NCBI GenBank assembly: GCA_035541795.1
Contig: DATKMR010000001.1
Span: 3,532 to 67,531, forward strand
DNA from: Bacteroidales bacterium
GTDB lineage: Bacteria; Bacteroidota; Bacteroidia; Bacteroidales; VadinHA17
Reading direction: 5' to 3'
DNA length: 64,000 nt
Both the position numbers and the translations under genes were made by a program. Below, one piece after another: positions 45,822-55,209 of this stretch. Each line of letters starts with the position of its first letter. Position 1 is the first letter of the stretch. The notes beneath the pieces were generated by a model. The model searched no databases and had not been told where the DNA came from. It saw only the letters and a program-made list of their open reading frames with translations.

Positions 45822-45829
45822 TATTTTTG
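45822..45829 (+). promoter_or_regulatory. Bacteroidota -7 promoter box (TAnnTTTG)
   Basis: Reads TATTTTTG, 19 nt upstream of crcB ATG 45849. That leaves no room for a riboswitch leader. Confidence 0.45.
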
Positions 45830-45848
45830 TCTGATAAATTCCGAAGGA

Positions 45849-46226
45849 ATGATCAGGAATATTTTGCTGATTGGGACAGGGGGCTTTATCGGCAGCGTCG
45901 CCAGGTACTTCGTCTCACGTTTAAACCTCACCATGAGCCTCTTCTCTATCCCGGCAGGGACATTGCTTGTTAACATCACGGGCAGCTTTATCATCGGTTT
46001 CCTGGCAGGCCTCTCCGACAGAAGTACGGTTCTTTCAACAGAAGCACGGCTTTTCCTTATGGTAGGTATCTGCGGAGGGTTCACAACATTTTCAAGCTTC
46101 ACCCTTGAAAACCTTACACTTATACACAATGGTCAGCTTTTACAGGTTGTTATTTACAGCTCGCTCTCTTTCCTGCTCGGCATGCTGGCCGTATTTGCAG
46201 GTTATGTACTCAGTAACGTAATTTAA
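45849..46226 (+). CDS. crcB: Fluoride efflux channel CrcB/FluC
   Basis: GTGGFIGSVARY, GSFIIGF and GGFTTFSSF. 125 aa with 4 TM helices. Confidence 0.9.
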   Translation: MIRNILLIGTGGFIGSVARYFVSRLNLTMSLFSIPAGTLLVNITGSFIIGFLAGLSDRSTVLSTEARLFLMVGICGGFTTFSSFTLENLTLIHNGQLLQVVIYSSLSFLLGMLAVFAGYVLSNVI

Positions 46227-46239
46227 TAATCCCGGAGCC

Positions 46240-46590
46240 ATGTCGTACAGTATTCTTAAAATCTATTCCAGCACCACCGACAAGATAGGTGGAAAACTTT
46301 TGTACGAACATATCGTTTACCTGGCGAAAAGCAAAGGGATCTCGGGGGTTACAGTTTATCGCGGGATAATGGGATTCGGAATGAGCAGCGCGAGCATAAG
46401 CTCTACAAAGTTCTGGGAACTGACAGAAAAACTGCCTGTGATGATTGAGATTATCGACGATACCGGTAAACTTGAGGATTTTTACCGGGTAATCGAGCCT
46501 GAACTGAAAGAGATGCCTAAGGGATGCCTGGTATCATTGGAACCTGTTGAGATAAAACTTCAGAAACCGGGAAGGGAAAAAAATAACTGA
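46240..46590 (+). CDS. DUF190 (UPF0166, PII-like) protein
   Basis: LKIY.......GGKLLYEHIVYLAKSKGISGVTVYRGIMGFG is the DUF190 pattern. This family is commonly found next to crcB. Confidence 0.78.
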   Translation: MSYSILKIYSSTTDKIGGKLLYEHIVYLAKSKGISGVTVYRGIMGFGMSSASISSTKFWELTEKLPVMIEIIDDTGKLEDFYRVIEPELKEMPKGCLVSLEPVEIKLQKPGREKNN

Positions 46591-46591
46591 A

Positions 46592-49027
46592 ATGACAAAG
46601 TCGAAGATGCACAGATTGCTGGTATTTATGCTCCTTCTGGGAGGGTTAATAAATATTTCCCGGGCACAGACATTGAAAGACCTGGAAAAGACGAGAATCC
46701 ACCTGCCAAACGGGTGGGCGATAACTGCCCCGGGTAAAAGCCTTGCCCTCGGGGACCTGCCTCTGAATATTGCAGTTTCTCCTTCAAAAAGGCTATTCGC
46801 AGTCACCAATAACGGGGTCGGAATTCAGACTGTTCTGCTGTTCGATGCGAGGGGGTGGAAGCTTCTCGATTCGGCAATTATGGCCAAAGCCTGGCTAGGT
46901 CTTGCCTTCTCCGACGATGAAAAATTCCTTTATGCCTCCGGTGGAAACGACAACATTGTTGTAAAGTTTGCAATCGCCGGAAACAGGCTTGTCCCTGCCG
47001 ATACCGTTGTTATTGGAAAACCCTGGCCGGAAAGGATATGCCTGGCCGGTATTGCGGTTGATGATAAGAAGGACCGCCTGTACATCGTAACCAGGGAAAA
47101 CAATACACTCTATGTTGCAGATACAAAAACACGCACGGTACTGAAAAGCCTGGAACTTGGAGGTGAAGGATATACCTGCCTGCTTTCGAACGATAAGTCT
47201 ACGCTTTTCATCACCTGCTGGGGCTGTAACAAGGTCATACTATTTGATACCGGGAAGATGCAGGTTACCGGTTCGGTAGCTGTCGGTGACAATCCGAATG
47301 ATATGTGCGTTACCAGGAACGGAAAATACCTTTTTGTCGCGAATGCAAATGATAACTCCGTTTCAGTTGTCGATCTCGCGAGAGGTATTGTGGCAGAAGT
47401 GCTCACCAGTTCAATCTACCCGGGCTCACCCCAGGGATCAACCACAAACAGTGTTGCCCTAAGCGAAGATGAGAAAACCCTGTATATTGCAAATGCGGAT
47501 AATAACTGTCTTGCAGTTTTCGATGTCTCACTTCCCGGAAGATCAAAAAGCAAGGGATTTATACCCACCGGCTGGTACCCCACCTGCGTGAGGGTGATAG
47601 GGAATAAAATACTTGTTTCCAACGGGAAAGGTTTCTCCTCCATGGCAAATCCGTACGGACCATCACCCGTGGTTAACGAAGTCGCCTACCAGAACAGCGG
47701 GAAAAAGAATGTGAGAAAAGAGCAGTATATCGGATCGCTTTTTACCGGCACTCTGAGTGTAATTGACAAACCGGATGCAAGACAGCTGGCAGTTTTTTCG
47801 ACAGCTGTCTATGCCAATACACCCTATACTCATGAAAGGAATTTTGTGTCGGCCGGTGAAACCGGAAACCCTGTTCCTTCGAAAGTCGGTGATCCGTCAC
47901 CCATCAGGCATGTATTTTATATAATCAAGGAAAACAGGACATACGACCAGGTACTGGGAGATATGAAAGAAGGCAACGGTGATACCAGTCTTGTACTGTT
48001 CGGCCGGAAAATCACTCCCAACCATCATGCGGTGGCCAGCGAATTTGTCCTTCTTGACAATTTTTATGTCGATGGCGAGGTAAGCGCCGACGGGCATAAC
48101 TGGAGCATGGGAGGGTATGCAACGGACTTCCTCGAAAAGACATGGCCAACGAGCTATGGTGGCAGGGGAGGCGACTATAACTCCGAGGGGACACGTGAAA
48201 TTGCAAACAATAAGGACGGTTTCATCTGGGATTTCTGTAAAAGATACGGAATAACTTACAGGACATACGGTGAGTTTGCCGACGATTATAAACCAAATCT
48301 GCCTGTTCTGAGGGATCATTTTTGTCCTTATTATACAAGCTGGGACCAGAAGGTCCGGGATACAGTAAGGTTTAATCAGTGGAGGCATGAATTTGATTCC
48401 CTCGTTAAAGCCGGCGGACTTCCACAGCTGAATACCCTGAGGTTCATTAACGATCATACCGAGGGGATGACAAAAGACCGGCCGACGCCTTTTGTACACG
48501 TGGCTGACAACGACCTGGCAGTCGGTATGTTCGTCGATTATCTCAGCCATAGCAGCGTATGGAATGAAAGCGTGGTGTTTATTGTTGAGGACGATGCCCA
48601 GAACGGACCCGACCATGTGGATGCTCATCGCAGTGTCGCACTCGTGGCAGGAGGATTTGTAAAAAAGGGCTTCGTGGATCATACGATGTACTCGACAGCC
48701 TCCATGCTCAGGACTATAGAGCTTATCCTCGGGCTGCCCCCTATGAGCCAGTACGATGCTTCTGCCACACCGATGTTCAGATGTTTTGATAAGACCGCTG
48801 GTCACGAACCTTATAAATGCAGGCCCTGCAATGTTGACCTTAACCTCAGGAACAGCGCCGAAAACAAGTGGTCAGTCATCAGCGGAAAGCTTGACTTCAG
48901 CAGGGAGGACAGGGTACCGGATGACCTTTTTAACCGTATCATATGGGCCTCGGTTAAAGGAGAAGATTCCCAATGCCCGGCGCCGAGAAGAGCCGCATTC
49001 TTTAAAGAAGAAGCAACGGAAAAATAA
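46592..49027 (+). CDS. Secreted fusion protein: seven-bladed YVTN/YncE-like beta-propeller plus phosphoesterase (PLC/AcpA-type) domain
   Basis: Signal peptide, then about 7 repeats of the type K.LYVAN..DN.V.V.D (FAVTNNG, LYASGGNDN, LYIVTRENNTLYVAD, LFITCWGCNKVILFD, LFVANANDNSVSVVD, LYIANADNNCLAVFD, ILVSNGKG). The phosphoesterase part reads HVFYIIKENRTYDQVLGD...DGHNWS...VEDDAQNGPDHVDAHRS. Confidence 0.78.
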   Translation: MTKSKMHRLLVFMLLLGGLINISRAQTLKDLEKTRIHLPNGWAITAPGKSLALGDLPLNIAVSPSKRLFAVTNNGVGIQTVLLFDARGWKLLDSAIMAKAWLGLAFSDDEKFLYASGGNDNIVVKFAIAGNRLVPADTVVIGKPWPERICLAGIAVDDKKDRLYIVTRENNTLYVADTKTRTVLKSLELGGEGYTCLLSNDKSTLFITCWGCNKVILFDTGKMQVTGSVAVGDNPNDMCVTRNGKYLFVANANDNSVSVVDLARGIVAEVLTSSIYPGSPQGSTTNSVALSEDEKTLYIANADNNCLAVFDVSLPGRSKSKGFIPTGWYPTCVRVIGNKILVSNGKGFSSMANPYGPSPVVNEVAYQNSGKKNVRKEQYIGSLFTGTLSVIDKPDARQLAVFSTAVYANTPYTHERNFVSAGETGNPVPSKVGDPSPIRHVFYIIKENRTYDQVLGDMKEGNGDTSLVLFGRKITPNHHAVASEFVLLDNFYVDGEVSADGHNWSMGGYATDFLEKTWPTSYGGRGGDYNSEGTREIANNKDGFIWDFCKRYGITYRTYGEFADDYKPNLPVLRDHFCPYYTSWDQKVRDTVRFNQWRHEFDSLVKAGGLPQLNTLRFINDHTEGMTKDRPTPFVHVADNDLAVGMFVDYLSHSSVWNESVVFIVEDDAQNGPDHVDAHRSVALVAGGFVKKGFVDHTMYSTASMLRTIELILGLPPMSQYDASATPMFRCFDKTAGHEPYKCRPCNVDLNLRNSAENKWSVISGKLDFSREDRVPDDLFNRIIWASVKGEDSQCPAPRRAAFFKEEATEK

Positions 49028-49047
49028 ACATAAATAAATTCCTGTAA

Positions 49048-49995
49048 ATGAAACTTCACAGATCGACATTCCTGGCTGTCATTCTATCCATCGGCCTGAC
49101 AGCGACTCCTCAGGGCGGGAAAAACCTGGCTGATCGACTCGGTTATCCGCATGATGCCAAACTTCTGCTTATTCATGCAGATGATATGGGACTTTCACAT
49201 TCGGTAAATACTGCGGTCATAAAGGCATTCGACTGCGGTGGCATCACCTCAGGAAGCATTATGGTTCCATGTCCATGGGCCAGGGAGATTGAAAAATATG
49301 TCAAAGATCATCCAACCCTTGATGTCGGGATTCACCTGACAATGACTGCCGAGTGGGAAAATTACAAATGGGGAGGAATTTCCCCTTCAGATCAGATTCC
49401 GAGCCTGCTCGACAGGGAGGGGGATTTCTATGCAACGGTTGAGGATCTTGGAAAGGTGGCAAAGGGTGAAGAAGCAAGGAAAGAACTTAAAGCCCAGATA
49501 GAGAAGGCGATTGCGGCCGGTGTCCATCCCACGCACCTCGACACTCATATGGGAAGTGTGCTGGCTAATCCGGCACTCGTCAAAGTCTATCTCGAACTTT
49601 CTGCCGAATACGGACTGCCTGTACTTTTCCCACGGGCATATGTGGCAATGCTTCCTCCGGATGTGGGCAAGACATTCGGAAACAGCGTTTTCCTTCTCGA
49701 CAATCTTTTCATGATAGACCGCAGCATGATCAGGGGAAACTGGATAGACCCTTATAAAGCAGCAATAGAAAATCTCAAGCCCGGACTGAACCAGATTATT
49801 GTACACCTGGGAACAGATAACGACGAGATGAAAGCAATCTGCAGCGGGCATGACGATTATGGATCTGCCTGGCGTCAGAAGGACCTCGATATGGTCACAA
49901 GCAAGGAGTTTTCCGATTTGCTGAAAAAGAATAAAGTCGTGCTGGTGACCTGGAAACAGATCAGGGACGTAATGAAGGATCCTGACCAGAAATAA
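49048..49995 (+). CDS. ChbG/HpnK (YdjC-like) family carbohydrate deacetylase, secreted
   Basis: Signal peptide, LLLIHADDMGLSHSVNTAVIKAF, and PTHLDTHMG (H.D.H metal site). Confidence 0.78.
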   Translation: MKLHRSTFLAVILSIGLTATPQGGKNLADRLGYPHDAKLLLIHADDMGLSHSVNTAVIKAFDCGGITSGSIMVPCPWAREIEKYVKDHPTLDVGIHLTMTAEWENYKWGGISPSDQIPSLLDREGDFYATVEDLGKVAKGEEARKELKAQIEKAIAAGVHPTHLDTHMGSVLANPALVKVYLELSAEYGLPVLFPRAYVAMLPPDVGKTFGNSVFLLDNLFMIDRSMIRGNWIDPYKAAIENLKPGLNQIIVHLGTDNDEMKAICSGHDDYGSAWRQKDLDMVTSKEFSDLLKKNKVVLVTWKQIRDVMKDPDQK

Positions 49996-50007
49996 CCGGT
50001 TGCGGGG

Positions 50008-52794
50008 CTAAAAATCTGAGTTCGCATTGCCTTTTATCCTGAAGCTGTAGGTGACCATGAAAATCGGTTTGCCAAAGATCGACATCTGGTATCCGTTTAC
50101 AGTGCCATCCTCAACCTTGAAGAAAACCGAATACGGGTTCTTCCTTCCAAGAAGATTGTACACTGTGAAGGTAAATGCGGAATGGTTCAGCTTTTTCAGC
50201 TTCAGGTTGCCATTGACCGTGGCAGCGACATCAAGCCTCATGTAATCGGGAATCCGGAAGGCATTCCTGTCGGAATAAAAGACCCTGGTAACATTAAGGA
50301 AATCAAAATAGGCAACCGGATATGTTATAGGTCTTCCCGTGCTGTACAGGAAGTTTGTGGTGAAATTGAGCCTTCTCGAAAGCTTTAAGTTGCCTACTAT
50401 CTTGAGGTCGTTGGGCTTGTCAAAGTTAGCAGGAAAGTAATTTCCATTATTGACCTTTTCCTCAGGATATGTCCCGTCGACCCGGTAGAAAACCCGGGAA
50501 TAGGTATAGCTGACCCATCCCGATAATTTCCCGTACTGCTTCCTGAGCATGAACTCTACCCCATAGGCTTTCCCGTTACTATTCAGGACATCTGTTTCGA
50601 GATGCTCATTCATGATAAGAACAGCTCCGCCTTTGTAATCCAGGACATCATTCATCTTCTTATAATAACCTTCCACAGACAGCTCAAGCGAATGAACATC
50701 AAAATTCCTGTAAAGACCCAGTGATACCTGTACACCCTTCTGGGGTCTTATATATTTATCGCTCAGCTTCCAGATGTCGGTTGGTGACATGGAGGTGGTA
50801 TTGGAAATCATATTCAGATACTGGTAATTGCTGTTTATACCGGCCTTAACCGAGAGGGCAGGGGTGATGATGAACCTGGCTGAAAACCTGTATTCAAGGC
50901 CAGGGTAGGATTTTATTACGCTGCCGCTTCCAATGTGAAGTGTGTCGGTAATACTCTGGACCGACCTGGTTTCCCATGGATTATACAGGAACACGGTCTT
51001 TGGGCCGAAGTAGGTGAAATAATTGAATCTCAGCCCACCCGAGACCAGCAATCGCGATGTCATCTCCCACTCATCGCTCAGGTACAGGGAAGGTTCAATT
51101 GCGTGTTCCTTTTCCAGTGTCTTCGGAATTGTTGAGGAATACGTCCCGAATGGCGTCTGCGTACCGGGTGAAAGGGAATAATATGTGGCGTTAAAACCGA
51201 ATTCTATCTTCTGGTTGTTTTTCGCAAACAATGTGAAATCTGCCTTCAGGATTTGTTGGTCAAGCTTGTATTTGAGCGAGTTGGCGGAGAGTGAATCATC
51301 CTTTGTAACTACCTGGTAATCGTAATTGCTTAATATTGCCGAGACCTGTGATGAAAACTTCTGGCTGAACGAGTGTTTCCATTTCAGGGTAGAGGCGAAA
51401 TTACTGTAATGAAATTCATTCTGTTTATAATAGTCGAAATTATCATTGCTTATATACCCCGAGATTGCTATGGTATTACTGCTGTTCAGGTCGTAGGTGA
51501 AAAGCCCCTGCATGTCGTTGAAGCCAGCGCTGCTGTTCTTGAGCTTAATATCGTTCAGCATCTTGAGTATCCAGTCTGAAAATGTGGAGCGGGCGCTCAG
51601 AATTATGGATCCCTTTTTCCTGAACAGGGGAGCTTCGATCATAAGCTGTCCCATGAACGGGCTGAGTCCGCCGCTTACATTGACTTTCTCACGCGTACCC
51701 TCCTTGAGAACTATATCCATTACCGAAGATACCCTTCCTCCATACCTTGCAGGGATCCCGCTTTTATACAGCATCACGTCCTGAATGATATCGGAGTTGA
51801 AAGCCGAAAAGAATCCGAAGAAATGAGATGGATTGATAATAGGGGCGCCATCGAGAAGTATCATATTCTGATCGGTGCTTCCGCCCCTGACATTGAAACC
51901 TTCCGAGGCTTCGCTTACCGTGGTGACACCCGGCAGCAGAAGCGAACTTTTCAGGAGGTCGGTCGCCCCAAGTCCCATGGGAATCTGCTTCAGCATCTTA
52001 AGGCTTATTTTTTCAATGCCTATTTTTTCATTCCTTACATTGTTGTCCCTGTTGGCTGATACGACAACTTCTTTGAGAGCATTTGTTTTGTCAGTCATTG
52101 ACAGGTTGAGACTGCCTGATGAGTAGATTACCACGTTCCTTCTTGTTGTCCTGAGCCCGACCATCCTGTACTCCACCTGGCATTGCCCGGCCGGAAGCTC
52201 AATAGAATAGTAGCCGACATTGTTTGTTATGGCCCCGGCCTTGATTTTCTCAACATAGACAATTACACCGGGAAGGGCTTCTTTTGTATCCGCATTTGTA
52301 ACAAACCCCGATAATATTGCATAACCGTTACTGTTCGCGGAGGAAGGGTTCCCTATCTTAAAAACTTTATATTCATCGTTAACCGCCAGGTCTTCCTGTT
52401 TGCCGGAAGGGAGACTGTATTTTGTAGTATCGGCTGCAGTAAGGCTCCTTTTAAGATATTCCCTGTACTCGCTGTTAAAATTGGTTTTGATTGCGAAGCC
52501 TTTCGAGAAGATGAGCTTGTTTTTATCGGTAATAATAAAATTAAGCCCGGAACTGGTAAGCGATTTGCTGAACAACCCGCTCAGGGAATCATTTCTTGAA
52601 TCAACCTTAAGATAAAGACTGTCAACCCATTTGCTGGAGTAATATATTTTTACAGGTACTGTTTTTTCAACTGTATCTACCAGATCCCTGAACAGGATCT
52701 TTGAAAAGGTAAGTGAAATGCTTTTGTCCTGGGCTTCAATGCTCAGTGCAATGACAGACAGGAGTATAGTAACGAGGAGGAGTCTTTTTTTCAT
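50008..52794 (-). CDS. TonB-dependent receptor with an STN-like N-terminal signalling domain, CarboxypepD_reg, Plug and barrel
   Basis: Signal peptide. STN-like segment ISLTFSKILFRDLVDTVEKTVPVKIYY...SLSGLFSKSLTSSGLNFIITDKNKLIF. Then LSGFVTNADTKEALPGVIVYVE...TNNVGYYSI and a plug, DLLKSSLLLPGV...GFNVRGGSTDQNMILLDGAPI. The barrel ends in a C-terminal F. Confidence 0.87.
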   Translation of the reverse strand: MKKRLLLVTILLSVIALSIEAQDKSISLTFSKILFRDLVDTVEKTVPVKIYYSSKWVDSLYLKVDSRNDSLSGLFSKSLTSSGLNFIITDKNKLIFSKGFAIKTNFNSEYREYLKRSLTAADTTKYSLPSGKQEDLAVNDEYKVFKIGNPSSANSNGYAILSGFVTNADTKEALPGVIVYVEKIKAGAITNNVGYYSIELPAGQCQVEYRMVGLRTTRRNVVIYSSGSLNLSMTDKTNALKEVVVSANRDNNVRNEKIGIEKISLKMLKQIPMGLGATDLLKSSLLLPGVTTVSEASEGFNVRGGSTDQNMILLDGAPIINPSHFFGFFSAFNSDIIQDVMLYKSGIPARYGGRVSSVMDIVLKEGTREKVNVSGGLSPFMGQLMIEAPLFRKKGSIILSARSTFSDWILKMLNDIKLKNSSAGFNDMQGLFTYDLNSSNTIAISGYISNDNFDYYKQNEFHYSNFASTLKWKHSFSQKFSSQVSAILSNYDYQVVTKDDSLSANSLKYKLDQQILKADFTLFAKNNQKIEFGFNATYYSLSPGTQTPFGTYSSTIPKTLEKEHAIEPSLYLSDEWEMTSRLLVSGGLRFNYFTYFGPKTVFLYNPWETRSVQSITDTLHIGSGSVIKSYPGLEYRFSARFIITPALSVKAGINSNYQYLNMISNTTSMSPTDIWKLSDKYIRPQKGVQVSLGLYRNFDVHSLELSVEGYYKKMNDVLDYKGGAVLIMNEHLETDVLNSNGKAYGVEFMLRKQYGKLSGWVSYTYSRVFYRVDGTYPEEKVNNGNYFPANFDKPNDLKIVGNLKLSRRLNFTTNFLYSTGRPITYPVAYFDFLNVTRVFYSDRNAFRIPDYMRLDVAATVNGNLKLKKLNHSAFTFTVYNLLGRKNPYSVFFKVEDGTVNGYQMSIFGKPIFMVTYSFRIKGNANSDF

Positions 52795-52797
52795 CTT

Positions 52798-53589
52798 CTA
52801 TTTCATTCCTTTTTCTCCACTGTCAAAGTATCTCAGAATACCGGAAATCTGCTCCCTCGTCGCCTTTTTGACATTTATTTTTGAATGCCTGACCAGGGAG
52901 CTGATCTCCTTTTCTTTCTCTCCAAACATTTTTAAAAAGCCTGATCTCGATGCAATTTTCTGCCAGGTGCCATTTATGAAGACATAGTTCGTCGGGGAAT
53001 ACTTGTACTTATTTACACCCTCCTTGTTGTATATTTTAGATTGATGCCTGATCAGCAGCAGGGATTTTCCCTCGTAACCCACCTCGTAATACCCGTCTTT
53101 CAAAATTCCGGAATATTCAGCAGGAAAGGAATAACGCCTGAATACCATGCTGTCGTTATCAAAATAGAGATTAAAGCCCCTGATGTTGTCCTTGTTTAAA
53201 ATAATCTGCGGATACATTCCATCAACCTTCCTGTTGTTATCGTAATAGACAATTTCATCAAGGTAGGTATCGTAGTGAAGGTTGATGTTTTTATATGCGA
53301 CATCTCTGAAAAACAGTGTTGTCCTCCTGCTAACATTGGAAAAAAGGAGAGGATTGGTCCCGCTTCCGAAATAATATGGGATATACTCTTTCCCGTTTAT
53401 CAGCTCGTCGGGAATAGTGATCGATTTATAATATAATGTATCAAGGTAACTTTGCTGGGACCTGATGAGGGGTGAAAAGTAATTCCTGTTTTCTTCTCCC
53501 GGCCGTGTTGTCCTGGAAATGCCGGAATATTGCCCGCAAACACTGCCTGATATCAACGCCAATAAAACGAATGCAGTGGTTCTGATCAT
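52798..53589 (-). CDS. Secreted hypothetical protein (263 aa), co-transcribed with the STN receptor
   Basis: Signal peptide MIRTTAFVLLALISGSVCGQ, Tyr/Asn-rich, no motif I recognise. Its stop lies 3 nt before the receptor start. Confidence 0.5.
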   Translation of the reverse strand: MIRTTAFVLLALISGSVCGQYSGISRTTRPGEENRNYFSPLIRSQQSYLDTLYYKSITIPDELINGKEYIPYYFGSGTNPLLFSNVSRRTTLFFRDVAYKNINLHYDTYLDEIVYYDNNRKVDGMYPQIILNKDNIRGFNLYFDNDSMVFRRYSFPAEYSGILKDGYYEVGYEGKSLLLIRHQSKIYNKEGVNKYKYSPTNYVFINGTWQKIASRSGFLKMFGEKEKEISSLVRHSKINVKKATREQISGILRYFDSGEKGMK

Positions 53590-53953
53590 ATAGTCGCCGG
53601 GTTTATTAATAAACTAAATAACGGATTTTTTTCGACCCGTACTATTAAATATTCTTAATTTTCCTTAAATCTCTCCCCGGTTGGTGTGACAGTTCAATCC
53701 AATTATTAATTTTAAAATAAAGTTTGACAGACAATCAAATTAACATCCGGCAGGTTGAACAGATTGACCGGCAGCAAGCTGGCAATTTCATATTAACTGA
53801 CGGGAGATGCTTAAGTATGCCGAACAGGTTCATTTGCAGCTGTACTTATCGGGGTGGAGCTATTTTTTAAGTATTTCAGGAACGGTGGTGAAACAAAATG
53901 GTATTTTAGGGGGAAATGGAAGTCGGGGAGTTGTCTTAATTATTCATAAGCTG

Positions 53954-55195
53954 ATGTCGAAATCAATATCTGGTCCATTAATATTACTGGTAGTCGTTTT
54001 TTCAGCGGTTAAATGTGTCGATCCTTATACACCAAAGCTTTCAGGATACAGGAATGTTATGGTTGTAGACGGTCTCGTTACGAACGCAGATAATTCTTAT
54101 AAGGTTAGTTTGACTGAATCGATTGAGGCTCAGGATTCAACTCCGAAGACTATCTCTGATGCTACCGTTTATATTACAGACGACAATGGTGTCAGAACTG
54201 ATCTTTTACCTGCGGGTAACGGTATATATAAAACCGACAGCCTTACATTCAGGGGCGAGACCGGAAGGACATACCAGCTGCATATAACACGGTCCGACGG
54301 CAATGAATATGTTTCCGATAGCTGCAAAATGCTGCCGGTGCCTGAAATTGACACAGTCTATTTTTTCAAGGATTCCAGGTTATACAATAACCAGACTGTT
54401 CTTCGCCAGGGGATCTCAATATTTCTGGATTCAAAAGAGCCGCAGGAAGAGAATAACTACCTCCGGTGGACATTTGATGAGACATGGAAATTCCGGATTC
54501 CGTATCCCACAAGTTATGTTTTTCTTAACGATTCCACCATAAACTCGCTGCCTCCGTCAGAGATTAAGGAATTCTGCTGGAGAACGAACAAAAATACTGA
54601 AATACTTACAAGAGAAATCAATCCGGGATCGACCGGCCCGATCAAAGGGGTACCAATAACCTTCATTGCATCGGAGCTATCGGGCAGGCTGCTTATGCGC
54701 TATAGTATAATCATACATCAATATTCAGTTTCAAGGAATGAGTACAATTTCTGGAACAACCTTAAAATGGTGGAAGAGAACCTGGGCGACCTCTTCGGCA
54801 AGCAGCCTTTTGCTGTTGCAAGCAACATTAAGAACAAGAGGGACCCGTCGGAGATGGTTCTTGGATATTTCCAGGTATCTTCTGTTTCCGAAAAAAGAAT
54901 ATACCTCGATTTTCTTAAAGATATCGAACCTTTGAACCTCCCGGTTTACCTGTATCCTTGCCAGCTGATTACAGTATCGCCAATGGATTTTTACGATCCT
55001 ACTTCAAGGCAAAAGCCGATGACTTTTGAACAGATGTACAATATGTTTATAAACAGTAAAAGGTATTCATTCGTTGAGCCTGTTTATGATCCAACAACTT
55101 ACAAATTATCAAAATTGTCCTTTACAACTATTGAGTGCGCTGATTGCGAAAAGTCAGGCTCTTCAGTCACTCCGTATTTCTGGACAGATAAATAA
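53954..55195 (+). CDS. DUF4249 domain-containing lipoprotein
   Basis: Signal and lipobox-like VVFSAVKC, then YKVSLTES, GRTYQLHITRSDGNEYVS, NEYNFWNNL and LGYFQVSSVSEKRIYL, as I recall for DUF4249. Start at MSKSISG (53954). Confidence 0.65.
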   Translation: MSKSISGPLILLVVVFSAVKCVDPYTPKLSGYRNVMVVDGLVTNADNSYKVSLTESIEAQDSTPKTISDATVYITDDNGVRTDLLPAGNGIYKTDSLTFRGETGRTYQLHITRSDGNEYVSDSCKMLPVPEIDTVYFFKDSRLYNNQTVLRQGISIFLDSKEPQEENNYLRWTFDETWKFRIPYPTSYVFLNDSTINSLPPSEIKEFCWRTNKNTEILTREINPGSTGPIKGVPITFIASELSGRLLMRYSIIIHQYSVSRNEYNFWNNLKMVEENLGDLFGKQPFAVASNIKNKRDPSEMVLGYFQVSSVSEKRIYLDFLKDIEPLNLPVYLYPCQLITVSPMDFYDPTSRQKPMTFEQMYNMFINSKRYSFVEPVYDPTTYKLSKLSFTTIECADCEKSGSSVTPYFWTDK

Positions 55196-55209
55196 ACGGG
55201 GATATACTT

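Noticed and set aside
45714-45848. A fluoride (crcB-motif) riboswitch upstream of crcB. AGGC-CGATGCCT-GCCT at about 45751-45766 superficially resembles the P1 hairpin with its GAUG loop.
   Set aside because: I found no downstream segment complementary to the loop to form the pseudoknot. There is no CUGAUGA..CCUAC-like 3' half. A TAnnTTTG promoter box sits only 19 nt before the ATG, leaving no leader. A covariance-model scan would settle it.
47897-48805. A 302-aa ORF antisense to the phosphoesterase gene.
   Set aside because: It lies entirely inside a well-supported sense gene. Its translation is Cys/His/Pro-rich with no motif, signal peptide or plausible start context. It is a typical shadow ORF.
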